Below are positions 37,335-45,472 of a DNA stretch of 64,000 nt, piece by piece (position 1 is the stretch's first letter; each line of letters begins with the position of its first letter). The DNA lies in NCBI GenBank assembly GCA_021812145.1, contig JAKAOM010000002.1, positions 13,687 through 77,686 of the forward strand. The letters run 5' to 3'. The stretch comes from Candidatus Micrarchaeota archaeon. GTDB lineage: Archaea > Micrarchaeota > Micrarchaeia > Norongarragalinales > UBA8480. A program made the translations under genes and the position numbers. The notes under the pieces are model-generated. The model was not told the origin of the DNA. It saw only the letters and a list, made by a program, of their open reading frames with translations, and ran no database searches.

Positions 37335-38693
37335 ATGAAGCAAGAAATAAATAAAAAAGATAGTGAAAAAAACAAAAATCAAAATGAAGGTGAGAAAAAT
37401 TCAAACATTAGATACTTGGGCTTTTCAAAAGAACAATTAATTCTAGTCCTGGCTTCGTCGCTTATAATAGGTTTCCTGGCTGGATTTAATATATTCAGGC
37501 TGACACTGCCTCAACCACAATCAGCCTATAACGTTAGCGCCGGGCTGAGCTCTTCTGATCAGGCTGCGCTTCAGAATCAGATTCAAAGTGTTCTAAGCCC
37601 TGCATTGACTTCGCAAGGAGGAAGCCTGGCGGTGAGCGTGAACGGCGAGCAAGCACCAGTAGCAAACCTAAGCGTGACAATCAACGGTTCCACGCAATCC
37701 ATTCCTTCGTTTGTTTATAATAATGAATTGTTTCTAGCAACGCAGGGAATACCGCTTTCATCTTCATCCACCGCGTCTAACGCGCAACAACAAACCCTTC
37801 CTCCTTTATTCAACAACCCACCTAAAACAAACACGGTAAATGTCAATCAGTTGGAGGGCGAGGTTATTCCAGCGCAGGGCTATGTTCTACCTGTAAAGTG
37901 GGGCAAGTCTGCTAAAGAGCTTGTGGACAGCGGAGCGTTAAACATTACCGCTTTGTCTTCAATACTTCAACAGTCGGGACAGCCTTTGACAGCAGAAGAG
38001 CTTCAGATTCTAAACGGGACAAGCGATGAAAACATAACAATAAACGCCAACAACACTCTTTTCGACCTTTACGTTTTATGGGGGGTTGGAATAAGCAACA
38101 ACAATTCAATAATCAACAGCGGACCGTTAATGCAGAACGGAAACCCAAACAACTTCGCAAGCACCGGAGGCTATCTTCCTTTAGGAAATCTAATGATAGG
38201 CCAGTTGAACATTATGAATTTGAGTTCTAACGAACAGACAATAGCAGAGCAGGTAGCGTTCAACTCTTACAGGCCTTGCTGTGATAATCCAACGGGATTC
38301 CCTGACTGTAATCACGGGGCTGCAGCCCTAGGCTTGATAGAAATAATGGCTTCGCAGGGAAATAGCCTTAACGCCACGTTTGAAGCGGTTAGGGACTTCA
38401 ACTCTTTCCAGTTCACTCAGCAATACATGGAAGAAGCGGTTTTCTTCGCCTCGCAGGGACAGGATTGGAATGCTGTTCCTGCAAGCACGGTTGTTAACTA
38501 CAACTTTTCAAGCGCGACAGGTTCAAGCTATGTTATGCAGTACATTCAAAAGTTTGGACTTGTTCAAAGCCAAGGCGCGTCTGGTTCAAGCGCCAGCTGC
38601 GGGGTTGGAGGGGCCGCCCAAAGCTCGAGTTCAAGCTGCGGAGTCGGAAGCGCTCCTGTACAGCAAACTCAAACCTCAAGCTGCGGGGTTTGA
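37335..38693 (+). CDS. Membrane-anchored extracytoplasmic protein with PCCD...CNH motif and triple SCGV(G) C-terminal tail
   Basis: TM LILVLASSLIIGFLAGFNIF. It contains YRPCCDNPTGFPDCNHGAAALGLIEIMASQG and ends ...SASCGVGGAAQSSSSSCGVGSAPVQQTQTSSCGV. Confidence 0.7.
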   Translation: MKQEINKKDSEKNKNQNEGEKNSNIRYLGFSKEQLILVLASSLIIGFLAGFNIFRLTLPQPQSAYNVSAGLSSSDQAALQNQIQSVLSPALTSQGGSLAVSVNGEQAPVANLSVTINGSTQSIPSFVYNNELFLATQGIPLSSSSTASNAQQQTLPPLFNNPPKTNTVNVNQLEGEVIPAQGYVLPVKWGKSAKELVDSGALNITALSSILQQSGQPLTAEELQILNGTSDENITINANNTLFDLYVLWGVGISNNNSIINSGPLMQNGNPNNFASTGGYLPLGNLMIGQLNIMNLSSNEQTIAEQVAFNSYRPCCDNPTGFPDCNHGAAALGLIEIMASQGNSLNATFEAVRDFNSFQFTQQYMEEAVFFASQGQDWNAVPASTVVNYNFSSATGSSYVMQYIQKFGLVQSQGASGSSASCGVGGAAQSSSSSCGVGSAPVQQTQTSSCGV

Positions 38694-38749
38694 TTTGATT
38701 TGAATCATAAACCAAACATATTTAAATCACAAAAGTCTAAACTTCTCTG

Positions 38750-39001
38750 GTGATCGTGATGAACGTTATCCTAAGAGGAAGAATCAAGAATATTGTCAAG
38801 ACGATGGTTGATGAAGGCTACGCTAATTCCCAGTCAGAAGCAGTTAGACTTGCCATTGTTGATTTTGGAGAGCATTATATAAGTGAAGAAGAACTTGTCA
38901 ATAGCAAGCTTGACAGAATCGACGCTGAAATAAAAATCGGAAAAAGGAAACTGATAGGCGCTGAAGAAGCCCTTGGCAAATACACAAAATACTTAAAGTG
39001 A
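38750..39001 (+). CDS. RHH (CopG/RelB-like) antitoxin
   Basis: ...IKNIVKTMVDEGYANSQSEAVRLAIVDF... is typical of RHH antitoxins. It lies immediately upstream of a RelE-like ORF. Confidence 0.65.
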   Translation: MIVMNVILRGRIKNIVKTMVDEGYANSQSEAVRLAIVDFGEHYISEEELVNSKLDRIDAEIKIGKRKLIGAEEALGKYTKYLK

Positions 39002-39008
39002 GTTTAAC

Positions 39009-39269
39009 ATCTACCAGCCAAACTTTGACCAAGAATGGGGCAAATATTTCAACATGTTAGATAATACGATCAAGGAAAGAATTTCTAAAAAGATAAAAAA
39101 AATTCTTCAGTTTCCCGAGAAAAGACATTTTAAAACAGTTGGTTTTTTTGTTGACGAGGTCGGACAGTACAGGATAGTCTACAGGGTTTTCAAAGATTCA
39201 AAGGAGGTTAGATTCTATTTCGCAGGAGACCACAAGGATTATGAAAAATGGTACAAACAGTTTTTTTAA
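39009..39269 (+). CDS. RelE/ParE-like toxin (track ORF 39054..39269; frame open and RelE-like from 38997, possible ATC start 39009)
   Basis: GQYRIVYRVFKDSKEVRFYFAGDHKDY matches the RelE core. The upstream in-frame FNIYQPNFDQEWGKYFN resembles the RelE N-terminal strand and helix, but has no ATG, GTG or TTG. Confidence 0.55.
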   Translation: MYQPNFDQEWGKYFNMLDNTIKERISKKIKKILQFPEKRHFKTVGFFVDEVGQYRIVYRVFKDSKEVRFYFAGDHKDYEKWYKQFF

Positions 39270-39312
39270 TCAATGACTGCAAAGAATCTATAGATTAAGG
39301 AAGTGATTTTAT

Positions 39313-39792
39313 ATGAAAAGAATTTACGGAGACATTGCAAGAATATCGTTCGGAGTGGTTGTGTTAGTTGACGCGTTCTTCAAATGGAACCCGGCATTCT
39401 TCTCCAACTTCACTTCTTTTATTTCCAGCGAGGGGCAACCCACATTCACGCTTGGCTGGTTTAACTTCTGGATTTCTTTGGTAAACCTGAATCCCCAATT
39501 TTTCGCACTGCTGGTTGCTTTGATTGAAACATTTTTGGCTTTAGCTTTAATACTTGGATTTGCAAGAAAATTATCGTATCTAGGCGGTGGATTGTTTTTC
39601 TTCATCGTTTGGAGCGTTGCCGAGGGTTTCGGAGGGCCGTACACCCTCATGTCAACCGATGTTGGAGCGGCTATAATCTACGTTTTCGTTCTAGCATGCC
39701 TTGCGCTTATAGATTATTACGCTGGCGAAAACAGTCTTTCGCTTGACAATTACCTGTCAAAAAAAATTAATTGGTGGCATTTCATAGGCTAA
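39313..39792 (+). CDS. DoxX-family-like membrane protein
   Basis: Four TM helices with a DoxX-like N-terminus (ARISFGVVVLVDAFFKW...). Confidence 0.5.
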   Translation: MKRIYGDIARISFGVVVLVDAFFKWNPAFFSNFTSFISSEGQPTFTLGWFNFWISLVNLNPQFFALLVALIETFLALALILGFARKLSYLGGGLFFFIVWSVAEGFGGPYTLMSTDVGAAIIYVFVLACLALIDYYAGENSLSLDNYLSKKINWWHFIG

Positions 39793-39896
39793 ACTTTTTT
39801 TTACAAAACGTATTTCGGCAAACCGATTTTCAATGGTATTAAAATTAATTAGATAACGCTAGCAAGATTTAAAAACAATTAAAACTCAATTAAAGC

Positions 39897-40214
39897 ATGA
39901 ATTTTGAACCAGTTGAAAGAATCAGTCCAAAAGAATTGAAGCAAAGACTAACGCGCATTCATAAAAAACTCACATTTCCAAAACAAAAGTATAACGTTGA
40001 TAAAGAAGTTTACTCAAGACTTACCCGGCACGCAAACAAAATAATGAAAAAAGGCTTTGAAGAAAACTCAAGTTTTAATCTTGACAGGCAGGTTGCCATG
40101 GATTTTGAAAAAGGAAAAATAGCAGGTTTGGCAAAACCAAAAAACGGGCTTAAAATAATTTCAGACCCGCTTCTTAGAAGGAAGATTACAAAATTATTCA
40201 AAGGATCAAAGTAA
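39897..40214 (+). CDS. Small basic hypothetical protein (paralog 1)
   Basis: Shares ...(S/T)xxELKxRLxxIHxxLxF...(K/H)NV... with the next ORF, making a tandem paralog pair. Confidence 0.45.
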   Translation: MNFEPVERISPKELKQRLTRIHKKLTFPKQKYNVDKEVYSRLTRHANKIMKKGFEENSSFNLDRQVAMDFEKGKIAGLAKPKNGLKIISDPLLRRKITKLFKGSK

Positions 40215-40286
40215 AAACTCGTTAACCCACGCCTCTTTTCAATAAATTGGAAACAATTAAAAACAACAATTTTCACTATATTTGCA

Positions 40287-40577
40287 ATGAAACAAAAAAT
40301 TAACCTTTCGAGAATGACACACGAAGAATTGAAATCTAGACTTGAGAATATACACCCTGAACTTGTTTTCCAAAGCAGGAAACATAACGTAAGAATGTAC
40401 AAATTATTGGAGGATCACGTCAAGAAGCACATAATACCCCGCGCGCTTGGAAAAGAAAGTGAAAAAAGCGTTGACCAAATGATTAGAGAAGACCTATACA
40501 GAGGCAAAATTGACTTTTCAAAAATGGGAAAGATGTTTAACCAGGTTCTAAAGGATACAAAATTCAAAAAGATTTAA
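40287..40577 (+). CDS. Small basic hypothetical protein (paralog 2)
   Basis: Paralog of 39897..40214. Confidence 0.45.
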   Translation: MKQKINLSRMTHEELKSRLENIHPELVFQSRKHNVRMYKLLEDHVKKHIIPRALGKESEKSVDQMIREDLYRGKIDFSKMGKMFNQVLKDTKFKKI

Positions 40578-40595
40578 CCATTAATCGGAGGCAAA

Positions 40596-41261
40596 TTATA
40601 ATATCTGGATTATTATCTCCCCAAAAAGATCTTCCTGCCAAGCGTTCACTTTTCTGTCCTGAATGAGATGCATTAGGGGAAGGAGATTCTTCACGTAGTT
40701 TTCCTTTTCAGAGGTTTCCTTCAACTGCGAAAACAAAAGCAGGTTTTTCTCGTCCTTGAGACTTGTCATTTTTCCGTATATTCTCTTTATTATAGTGTTT
40801 ACGTTTTCAGTTGGAATGGTAATGTTGAATGTTTTAGGCATTGGCTGCTGCCTAGGCTTTATCTGGTCGTTCAGCACTTCCTCAACCGCCTTGACCAGCT
40901 CGTCTATTGTAATCCTCCTTGACCGCTGGGAGTTAGGCTTGAAAACAAGTTCAGGTATTTCCTCCTCTATCTTAGGTATTTCAACCCTTTCATCAACCTG
41001 AGCCTCTTCCTCTTTTATCATTAGGGACAATGTTTTGAATTTAAGCAGTATTGACGACGCCAGTATTACGTTTGCCGGAATTCTAAGATCCATTGACTGC
41101 ATTGTCTTTATTTTTTGTATGTATTTTTCGGTAATTTCAGACAGGTCAACTTCCCATGGATTCATGTTGTTTGAATGTATCAAATCAAGAAGAATCTCCT
41201 TCCATGACGGCTGCTGTACAAACTCAGCTATGCTTTCAGTAAGGTTTAACTGCTGCTGCAT
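40596..41261 (-). CDS. scpA: Segregation and condensation protein A (kleisin)
   Basis: ILLDLIHSNNMNPWEVDLSEITEKYIQ...LRIPANVILASSILLKFKT is the typical ScpA N-terminus. Confidence 0.75.
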   Translation of the reverse strand: MQQQLNLTESIAEFVQQPSWKEILLDLIHSNNMNPWEVDLSEITEKYIQKIKTMQSMDLRIPANVILASSILLKFKTLSLMIKEEEAQVDERVEIPKIEEEIPELVFKPNSQRSRRITIDELVKAVEEVLNDQIKPRQQPMPKTFNITIPTENVNTIIKRIYGKMTSLKDEKNLLLFSQLKETSEKENYVKNLLPLMHLIQDRKVNAWQEDLFGEIIIQIL

Positions 41262-41342
41262 TTTTGTGGGTCTCGTTTTATTGCGCTTTTATTGAATTTA
41301 ACCCTTTCGGAATGATTGAAAATATATGTAAAAAGTCAAAAA

Positions 41343-41828
41343 TTACATACAAACGAACAATCCATCCCTTCTTTTTTCGCAATTATTCCAATCATAAACA
41401 CGTCCATTCATAGTAATGTAAACCCCTGCCTTCAAACAATTAACCGCGCCAATAGCAACACCAATATTCACCGCGGCGTCAGAATCCTTAAAACGCTCCG
41501 GCTTAGAAGCGCCCACAAGAATTATCTTCTTGCCCTTGATTGAACTAAGTTTTTTAGCGGTTTTAACCATAGTGTCAGTACCATGTGTAATTATTATTTT
41601 GTCATTTTGAACATCCTTGCAAGTATCAAAAATCAACTGCCGATCATTATCGGTTATATCCAAACTGTCCTTCTTAAGTATTGAAATAACCTTAAAATCA
41701 AAATTCGGCCTGATGGTTTTCAAAATCCTGCTGACGGCAGGCTTAGCAATCTCAAAATTATAAGTTTGTGCCTTACTGGCATAGTCCTTATCAATAGTCC
41801 CTCCAGTAGTAATAAAAATTATCTTCAT
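41343..41828 (-). CDS. Asparaginase N-terminal-domain protein (single domain, 161 aa)
   Basis: TTGGTIDK and ITHGTDTM, the two catalytic-Thr motifs of the L-asparaginase/GatD family. Confidence 0.65.
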   Translation of the reverse strand: MKIIFITTGGTIDKDYASKAQTYNFEIAKPAVSRILKTIRPNFDFKVISILKKDSLDITDNDRQLIFDTCKDVQNDKIIITHGTDTMVKTAKKLSSIKGKKIILVGASKPERFKDSDAAVNIGVAIGAVNCLKAGVYITMNGRVYDWNNCEKRRDGLFVCM

Positions 41829-41931
41829 GACGGTATAAGTATATTAACAATCCTTTAAAAATATTTACCACAGTCTAAATAGTTAATACTTTAATTGGTA
41901 GAGATCTAACCGAATGAGGTAACGCGTTGCA

Positions 41932-42243
41932 CTACTTGGTTTTCTGCTGCCTTGGTTTGGCAGGCGCCTTAGCCTTTGGCTTTACCGCAGGCTTGCTTTC
42001 CTGAACAGCATTGGCAACCGGTTGAACAACTGAATTTTTCTTGCTGACTTTAAGCATTGTTTTTATCCTGGCTATGACTTTCTTTACCTCCCTGTATTTT
42101 CCGGTGTTGGTTGGCTTTTTGTTTGTTTTAATAAGCGATTTTTCCCTGGCTTTTTCTTCTTCCAGTTCTTTAAGCTTGGATTGAAGCGCTTCCCTGCTCA
42201 TTTCCTTCAACTGGTTTTTGCGTATTATTGACATTGCCTTCAC
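41932..42243 (-). CDS. rpl29: Ribosomal protein uL29 with Lys/Ala/Pro-rich C-terminal extension
   Basis: IRKNQLKEMSREALQSKLKELEEE...VKKVIARIKTML is the uL29 core. About 38 extra residues follow (...KPAVKPKAKAPAKPRQQKTK). Confidence 0.85.
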   Translation of the reverse strand: MKAMSIIRKNQLKEMSREALQSKLKELEEEKAREKSLIKTNKKPTNTGKYREVKKVIARIKTMLKVSKKNSVVQPVANAVQESKPAVKPKAKAPAKPRQQKTK

Positions 42244-42841
42244 CTTCGATTATTTTGATTTCTTCGTCTAAGAATTTAGTTTTAGGAGGTATAATAGAAA
42301 CTTTTACACCGATTATTCCCGCAGCCATGTTTGCTTCGGCCCTTCCAACCCTGACTTTCTTGAGTTCCTCCCCGCTCTTTTTAAGATGGCCTTCTCTGAC
42401 TACAAGAGTTTTTGCTTTCGCACCCTTACCGACAACCTTGCCAGCCACTCTTATCTCAGCGCCTATAGCCCCCCCGCCCATTATCTCCTTAAGCGCGAAG
42501 TTAAGTATAGGCTTTATTTTTCCCTTAACCTCCACCTGCCTCGCTATTTTTTCAGCCGCAAGCTTTGCGTCAAGAGTAGGGTTTTCAACCTCGGTAACTT
42601 CTATCTGCGGGTTTTCAATTTTGAATTTTTTCTTAAGAGTGTCTATCGTCTGCTGTATTCCAGCACCCTTCTTTCCTACTATGAGCCCCGGCTTTTTAAC
42701 TATAAGAAGTATTCTTGTGGTCACAGGTGTTTTTTGTATTACTATGTCCGAAATTCCGGCTTTTTCAAGATCTTTCTGAAGGAAGTCCTTTATCTTGATT
42801 TCCTCAAGGCTTGTTTCGATGAATTTTTTTTCCGATGCCAT
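42170..42841 (-). CDS. rps3: Ribosomal protein uS3
   Basis: KH domain VTRILLIVKKPGLIVGKKGAGI, then AEIRVAGKV... The 3' end overlaps the uL29 start by 65-74 nt. Confidence 0.92.
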   Translation of the reverse strand: MASEKKFIETSLEEIKIKDFLQKDLEKAGISDIVIQKTPVTTRILLIVKKPGLIVGKKGAGIQQTIDTLKKKFKIENPQIEVTEVENPTLDAKLAAEKIARQVEVKGKIKPILNFALKEIMGGGAIGAEIRVAGKVVGKGAKAKTLVVREGHLKKSGEELKKVRVGRAEANMAAGIIGVKVSIIPPKTKFLDEEIKIIEGEGNVNNTQKPVEGNEQGSASIQA

Positions 42842-42847
42842 TTTGAT

Positions 42848-43318
42848 TTAAACCTCTTTTACCACGATTTCAAGTATTGAAGTGACGTAGTTGCTGAATA
42901 TAGCCTGTTTTCCGTATCCTATAACAACCGAGCCAACCCAGTATCTTTTGTATCTTGGATATATATTCTGCTTGTTCGCTGAAGCGGTTGAAACGACCAA
43001 CTTGTCCTTCTGAAGACCTTTGAACTCCGCGTTCGCTATCGCCTCCTTGAGCGCTTTCTTCACTATTTTTGCTTCCTTGACCGGATACCTTCCCTTCCCC
43101 TTTATTTCCTTCCTGTGTCCTAGCCTCGTGTTGAAGGTGTAGTAGTGTATTGGCATTTCTTTCTTCATTACCTGATCCATGAGCTTTACCGCCTTTTCCG
43201 CATTCATCCCCTTTATATTCCTGCATATCTGCGATAAATCCTTGTAGGACGCGTTGACCGAGTGCGCCTTTGTTCTGGCCTCCTTGTCGCCTGTTTTCAC
43301 ACTGTATTTGTTGTACAT
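42848..43318 (-). CDS. rpl22: Ribosomal protein uL22
   Basis: ARTKAHSVNASYKDLSQICRNIKGMNAEKAV... The start MYNKYS (43318) is chosen because the track start 43372 overlaps uS19. Confidence 0.9.
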   Translation of the reverse strand: MYNKYSVKTGDKEARTKAHSVNASYKDLSQICRNIKGMNAEKAVKLMDQVMKKEMPIHYYTFNTRLGHRKEIKGKGRYPVKEAKIVKKALKEAIANAEFKGLQKDKLVVSTASANKQNIYPRYKRYWVGSVVIGYGKQAIFSNYVTSILEIVVKEV

Positions 43319-43325
43319 TTTTAAA

Positions 43326-43712
43326 TCACGTTTTCGCGGTTTCGACAGCCCTGCTGCCTCTTGTCGCTCCAACTCCAGGTCCGTGGTGAACTACCTTCTT
43401 GATTGGTATGGAAAACTCTCCAAGCCTCCTTCCAATCATTTCAGGTTTTACCATCAAATCAACATATTCTTTTCCGTTGTAAACCTTGAACTGCCTTCCA
43501 AGCATCTGAGGTATTATGACCATCTCCCTGACCTTGGTTTTTATGACTGCGTCTTTCTTCTTCAACAACTTCTGAATGAACTTCTTGATTTTCTCGCTGT
43601 TCCTCTTCATCGTCCTCTTTTCCTTGCTTTTAAGCAGTTTGACAAACTGTTCCAGCGGCATTTTCGCTATCTCATCCACGTCCACTCCATTGTAGAATAC
43701 TTTCTTTGCCAT
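43326..43712 (-). CDS. rps19: Ribosomal protein uS19
   Basis: ...EMVIIPQMLGRQFKVYNGKEYVDLMVKPEMIGRRLGEF...HHGPG. Confidence 0.92.
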   Translation of the reverse strand: MAKKVFYNGVDVDEIAKMPLEQFVKLLKSKEKRTMKRNSEKIKKFIQKLLKKKDAVIKTKVREMVIIPQMLGRQFKVYNGKEYVDLMVKPEMIGRRLGEFSIPIKKVVHHGPGVGATRGSRAVETAKT

Positions 43713-43718
43713 TTTAAA

Positions 43719-44417
43719 TCACTTTTTCTTCCTTCCAGTCTTGCTGGCTGCTATGTGTCCAACCTTTCTTCCAGGAGGCGTGCTTCTTGAAACAGTCGTA
43801 GGCTTTCCAAAGCTTCTTCCTCCGAATGGGTGGTTGTACGCGCTCACCGCGCTTCCTCTTATTACTGGGAATTCCTTGCCTCTCGCAAGAGCCGCAAACA
43901 TGTGCTTTCCGGCTTTCTTGAATGGTTTTTCAAGTCTTCCACCCCCTGCTGAAACGCCTATTGTTGCAAGGCAGTTGCCCTGCAAGGTTATTATGTTTTT
44001 TGATGGAAGCAGAACGTTTGTCTGAGCGTTGTCCTCGTCCTGGCTTTCTATGTAAGCAACGCTTCCAGCCCCTCTTACTAACTTTCCCCCGTCTTTTGGC
44101 CTTAATTCAATATTATATATGGGAGTCCCTTCCTTAAGCGTTCCTACCTCGCTTATGTCTCCCGCCAAACCCCTGTTTATTCTTATCTCATCCCCTATCT
44201 TCATTCCTTCTGTGGCCAGATTGTAGATAACCTGGTTGTTCTCCATAAGTATTTCAACAAGAAGGCTTGTCCTTCCAGGATCGTCTATGAATTTTATTAC
44301 CTCCCCCCTCCCCTCTATTTTTTTAGGGTATTTCAATTTTGTGAAAAAGTGATGACTTGGCGCGGTGTAAGCTGGGCTACCCTTTCCCCTTCTTTGCTGT
44401 ATTAACGGTTTTCCCAT
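43719..44417 (-). CDS. rpl2: Ribosomal protein uL2
   Basis: GKPLIQQRRGKGSP...NIELRPKDGGKLVRGAGS...NHPFGGR. Confidence 0.95.
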   Translation of the reverse strand: MGKPLIQQRRGKGSPAYTAPSHHFFTKLKYPKKIEGRGEVIKFIDDPGRTSLLVEILMENNQVIYNLATEGMKIGDEIRINRGLAGDISEVGTLKEGTPIYNIELRPKDGGKLVRGAGSVAYIESQDEDNAQTNVLLPSKNIITLQGNCLATIGVSAGGGRLEKPFKKAGKHMFAALARGKEFPVIRGSAVSAYNHPFGGRSFGKPTTVSRSTPPGRKVGHIAASKTGRKKK

Positions 44418-44421
44418 TTCA

Positions 44422-44673
44422 TCACACCACTTTCATTTTACTGGCTATGTTAGCCGCCTCTCCCTGCTTTTCAAATCTTACAATCGCTTTTTTCTCTCCG
44501 CTCATTGAAACGCAAGTAGTTATTTTTTTCACTTTAGCGTTGAACTCCTTTTCTATTTCCTCCTTTATTTCCTTTTTAGTGGAGTTTATCTTCACCACAA
44601 AGGTAAGCTTGTTTTGATTGTCGATGTTGTTGTTTGCCTTTTCAGTGTTCAGTATGTACATAATGTTTTTCAT
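44422..44673 (-). CDS. rpl23: Ribosomal protein uL23
   Basis: ...KLTFVVKINSTKKEIKEEIEKEFNAKVKKITT...; its operon position between uL4 and uL2 supports the call. Confidence 0.88.
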   Translation of the reverse strand: MKNIMYILNTEKANNNIDNQNKLTFVVKINSTKKEIKEEIEKEFNAKVKKITTCVSMSGEKKAIVRFEKQGEAANIASKMKVV

Positions 44674-44680
44674 TTTTAAT

Positions 44681-45472
44681 TCACTCGAATAATTTCAACT
44701 CCTTCATTTTTTTGACAGCGTTCTCGCTCCAGATGGTAAGCCTTCCGGCAACTCCTCCAGGCGCCACGTCGTTTATGTCAAGCGACTCAACTCTCTTTAC
44801 TGCAGCTCCGGGAATGTTGCGTCCCGCCTTCATCAATGGGCAATCCCCTCCTACAACCAGCAGTATAGTCTTTCTTGTTTTGTAACCTCCCCTTCTAAGC
44901 AGAGAAACACCGCTTCTCTTCTTTCTGTTTTCGCTTTTTACCAGGTCCTCCTCCACTTTGAACTGGCTCAAGTATTTTTTAAGATCCTTCGTTTTGCTGA
45001 TTTCCTCTATTTTCTGAGGCGCTATCAAAGGTATTTTATCGAATTGATGCCCCCTAATTCTAACTATTTTCTCGTTTACGGTTGCGCTTATCGCGCTTCT
45101 CATAGCCTTGAAAAGTTCTTTTTTGTTTATTTTAAGCGTTATTATCTTCTCGGTTTTTGGAGGGTGAGCCCTTCTTCCCTTCACCGCGCTTGGAATTCTC
45201 AAAACCCTTCCGCTTCTTCCCTTTGCTATCTTTTCCCTGGGAACTCTTGACTGACCTGTGTTTATAGTCGCCCTCCAGGCGTGCCTTCTTCCGTAGTATT
45301 CTGCTACGTTCTGCAATCCCGCGTACTTATAGCTTCCCTTAGGCTGGTATTTCTGCGAAGCGTAGGACTCAAACGCCCTTTTTATCAAGTCAGGCCTGTA
45401 CTCCTCCTCGAATTGTCTTGGAAGTTCGATTTCCCTTTCTTCTCCAGTTATCTTGAATTTCATTTTCTTCAA
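44681..45472 (-). CDS. rpl4: Ribosomal protein uL4
   Basis: ...GRRHAWRATINTGQSRVPREK...GRRAHPPK... plus operon position. Confidence 0.92.
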   Translation of the reverse strand: MKKMKFKITGEEREIELPRQFEEEYRPDLIKRAFESYASQKYQPKGSYKYAGLQNVAEYYGRRHAWRATINTGQSRVPREKIAKGRSGRVLRIPSAVKGRRAHPPKTEKIITLKINKKELFKAMRSAISATVNEKIVRIRGHQFDKIPLIAPQKIEEISKTKDLKKYLSQFKVEEDLVKSENRKKRSGVSLLRRGGYKTRKTILLVVGGDCPLMKAGRNIPGAAVKRVESLDINDVAPGGVAGRLTIWSENAVKKMKELKLFE

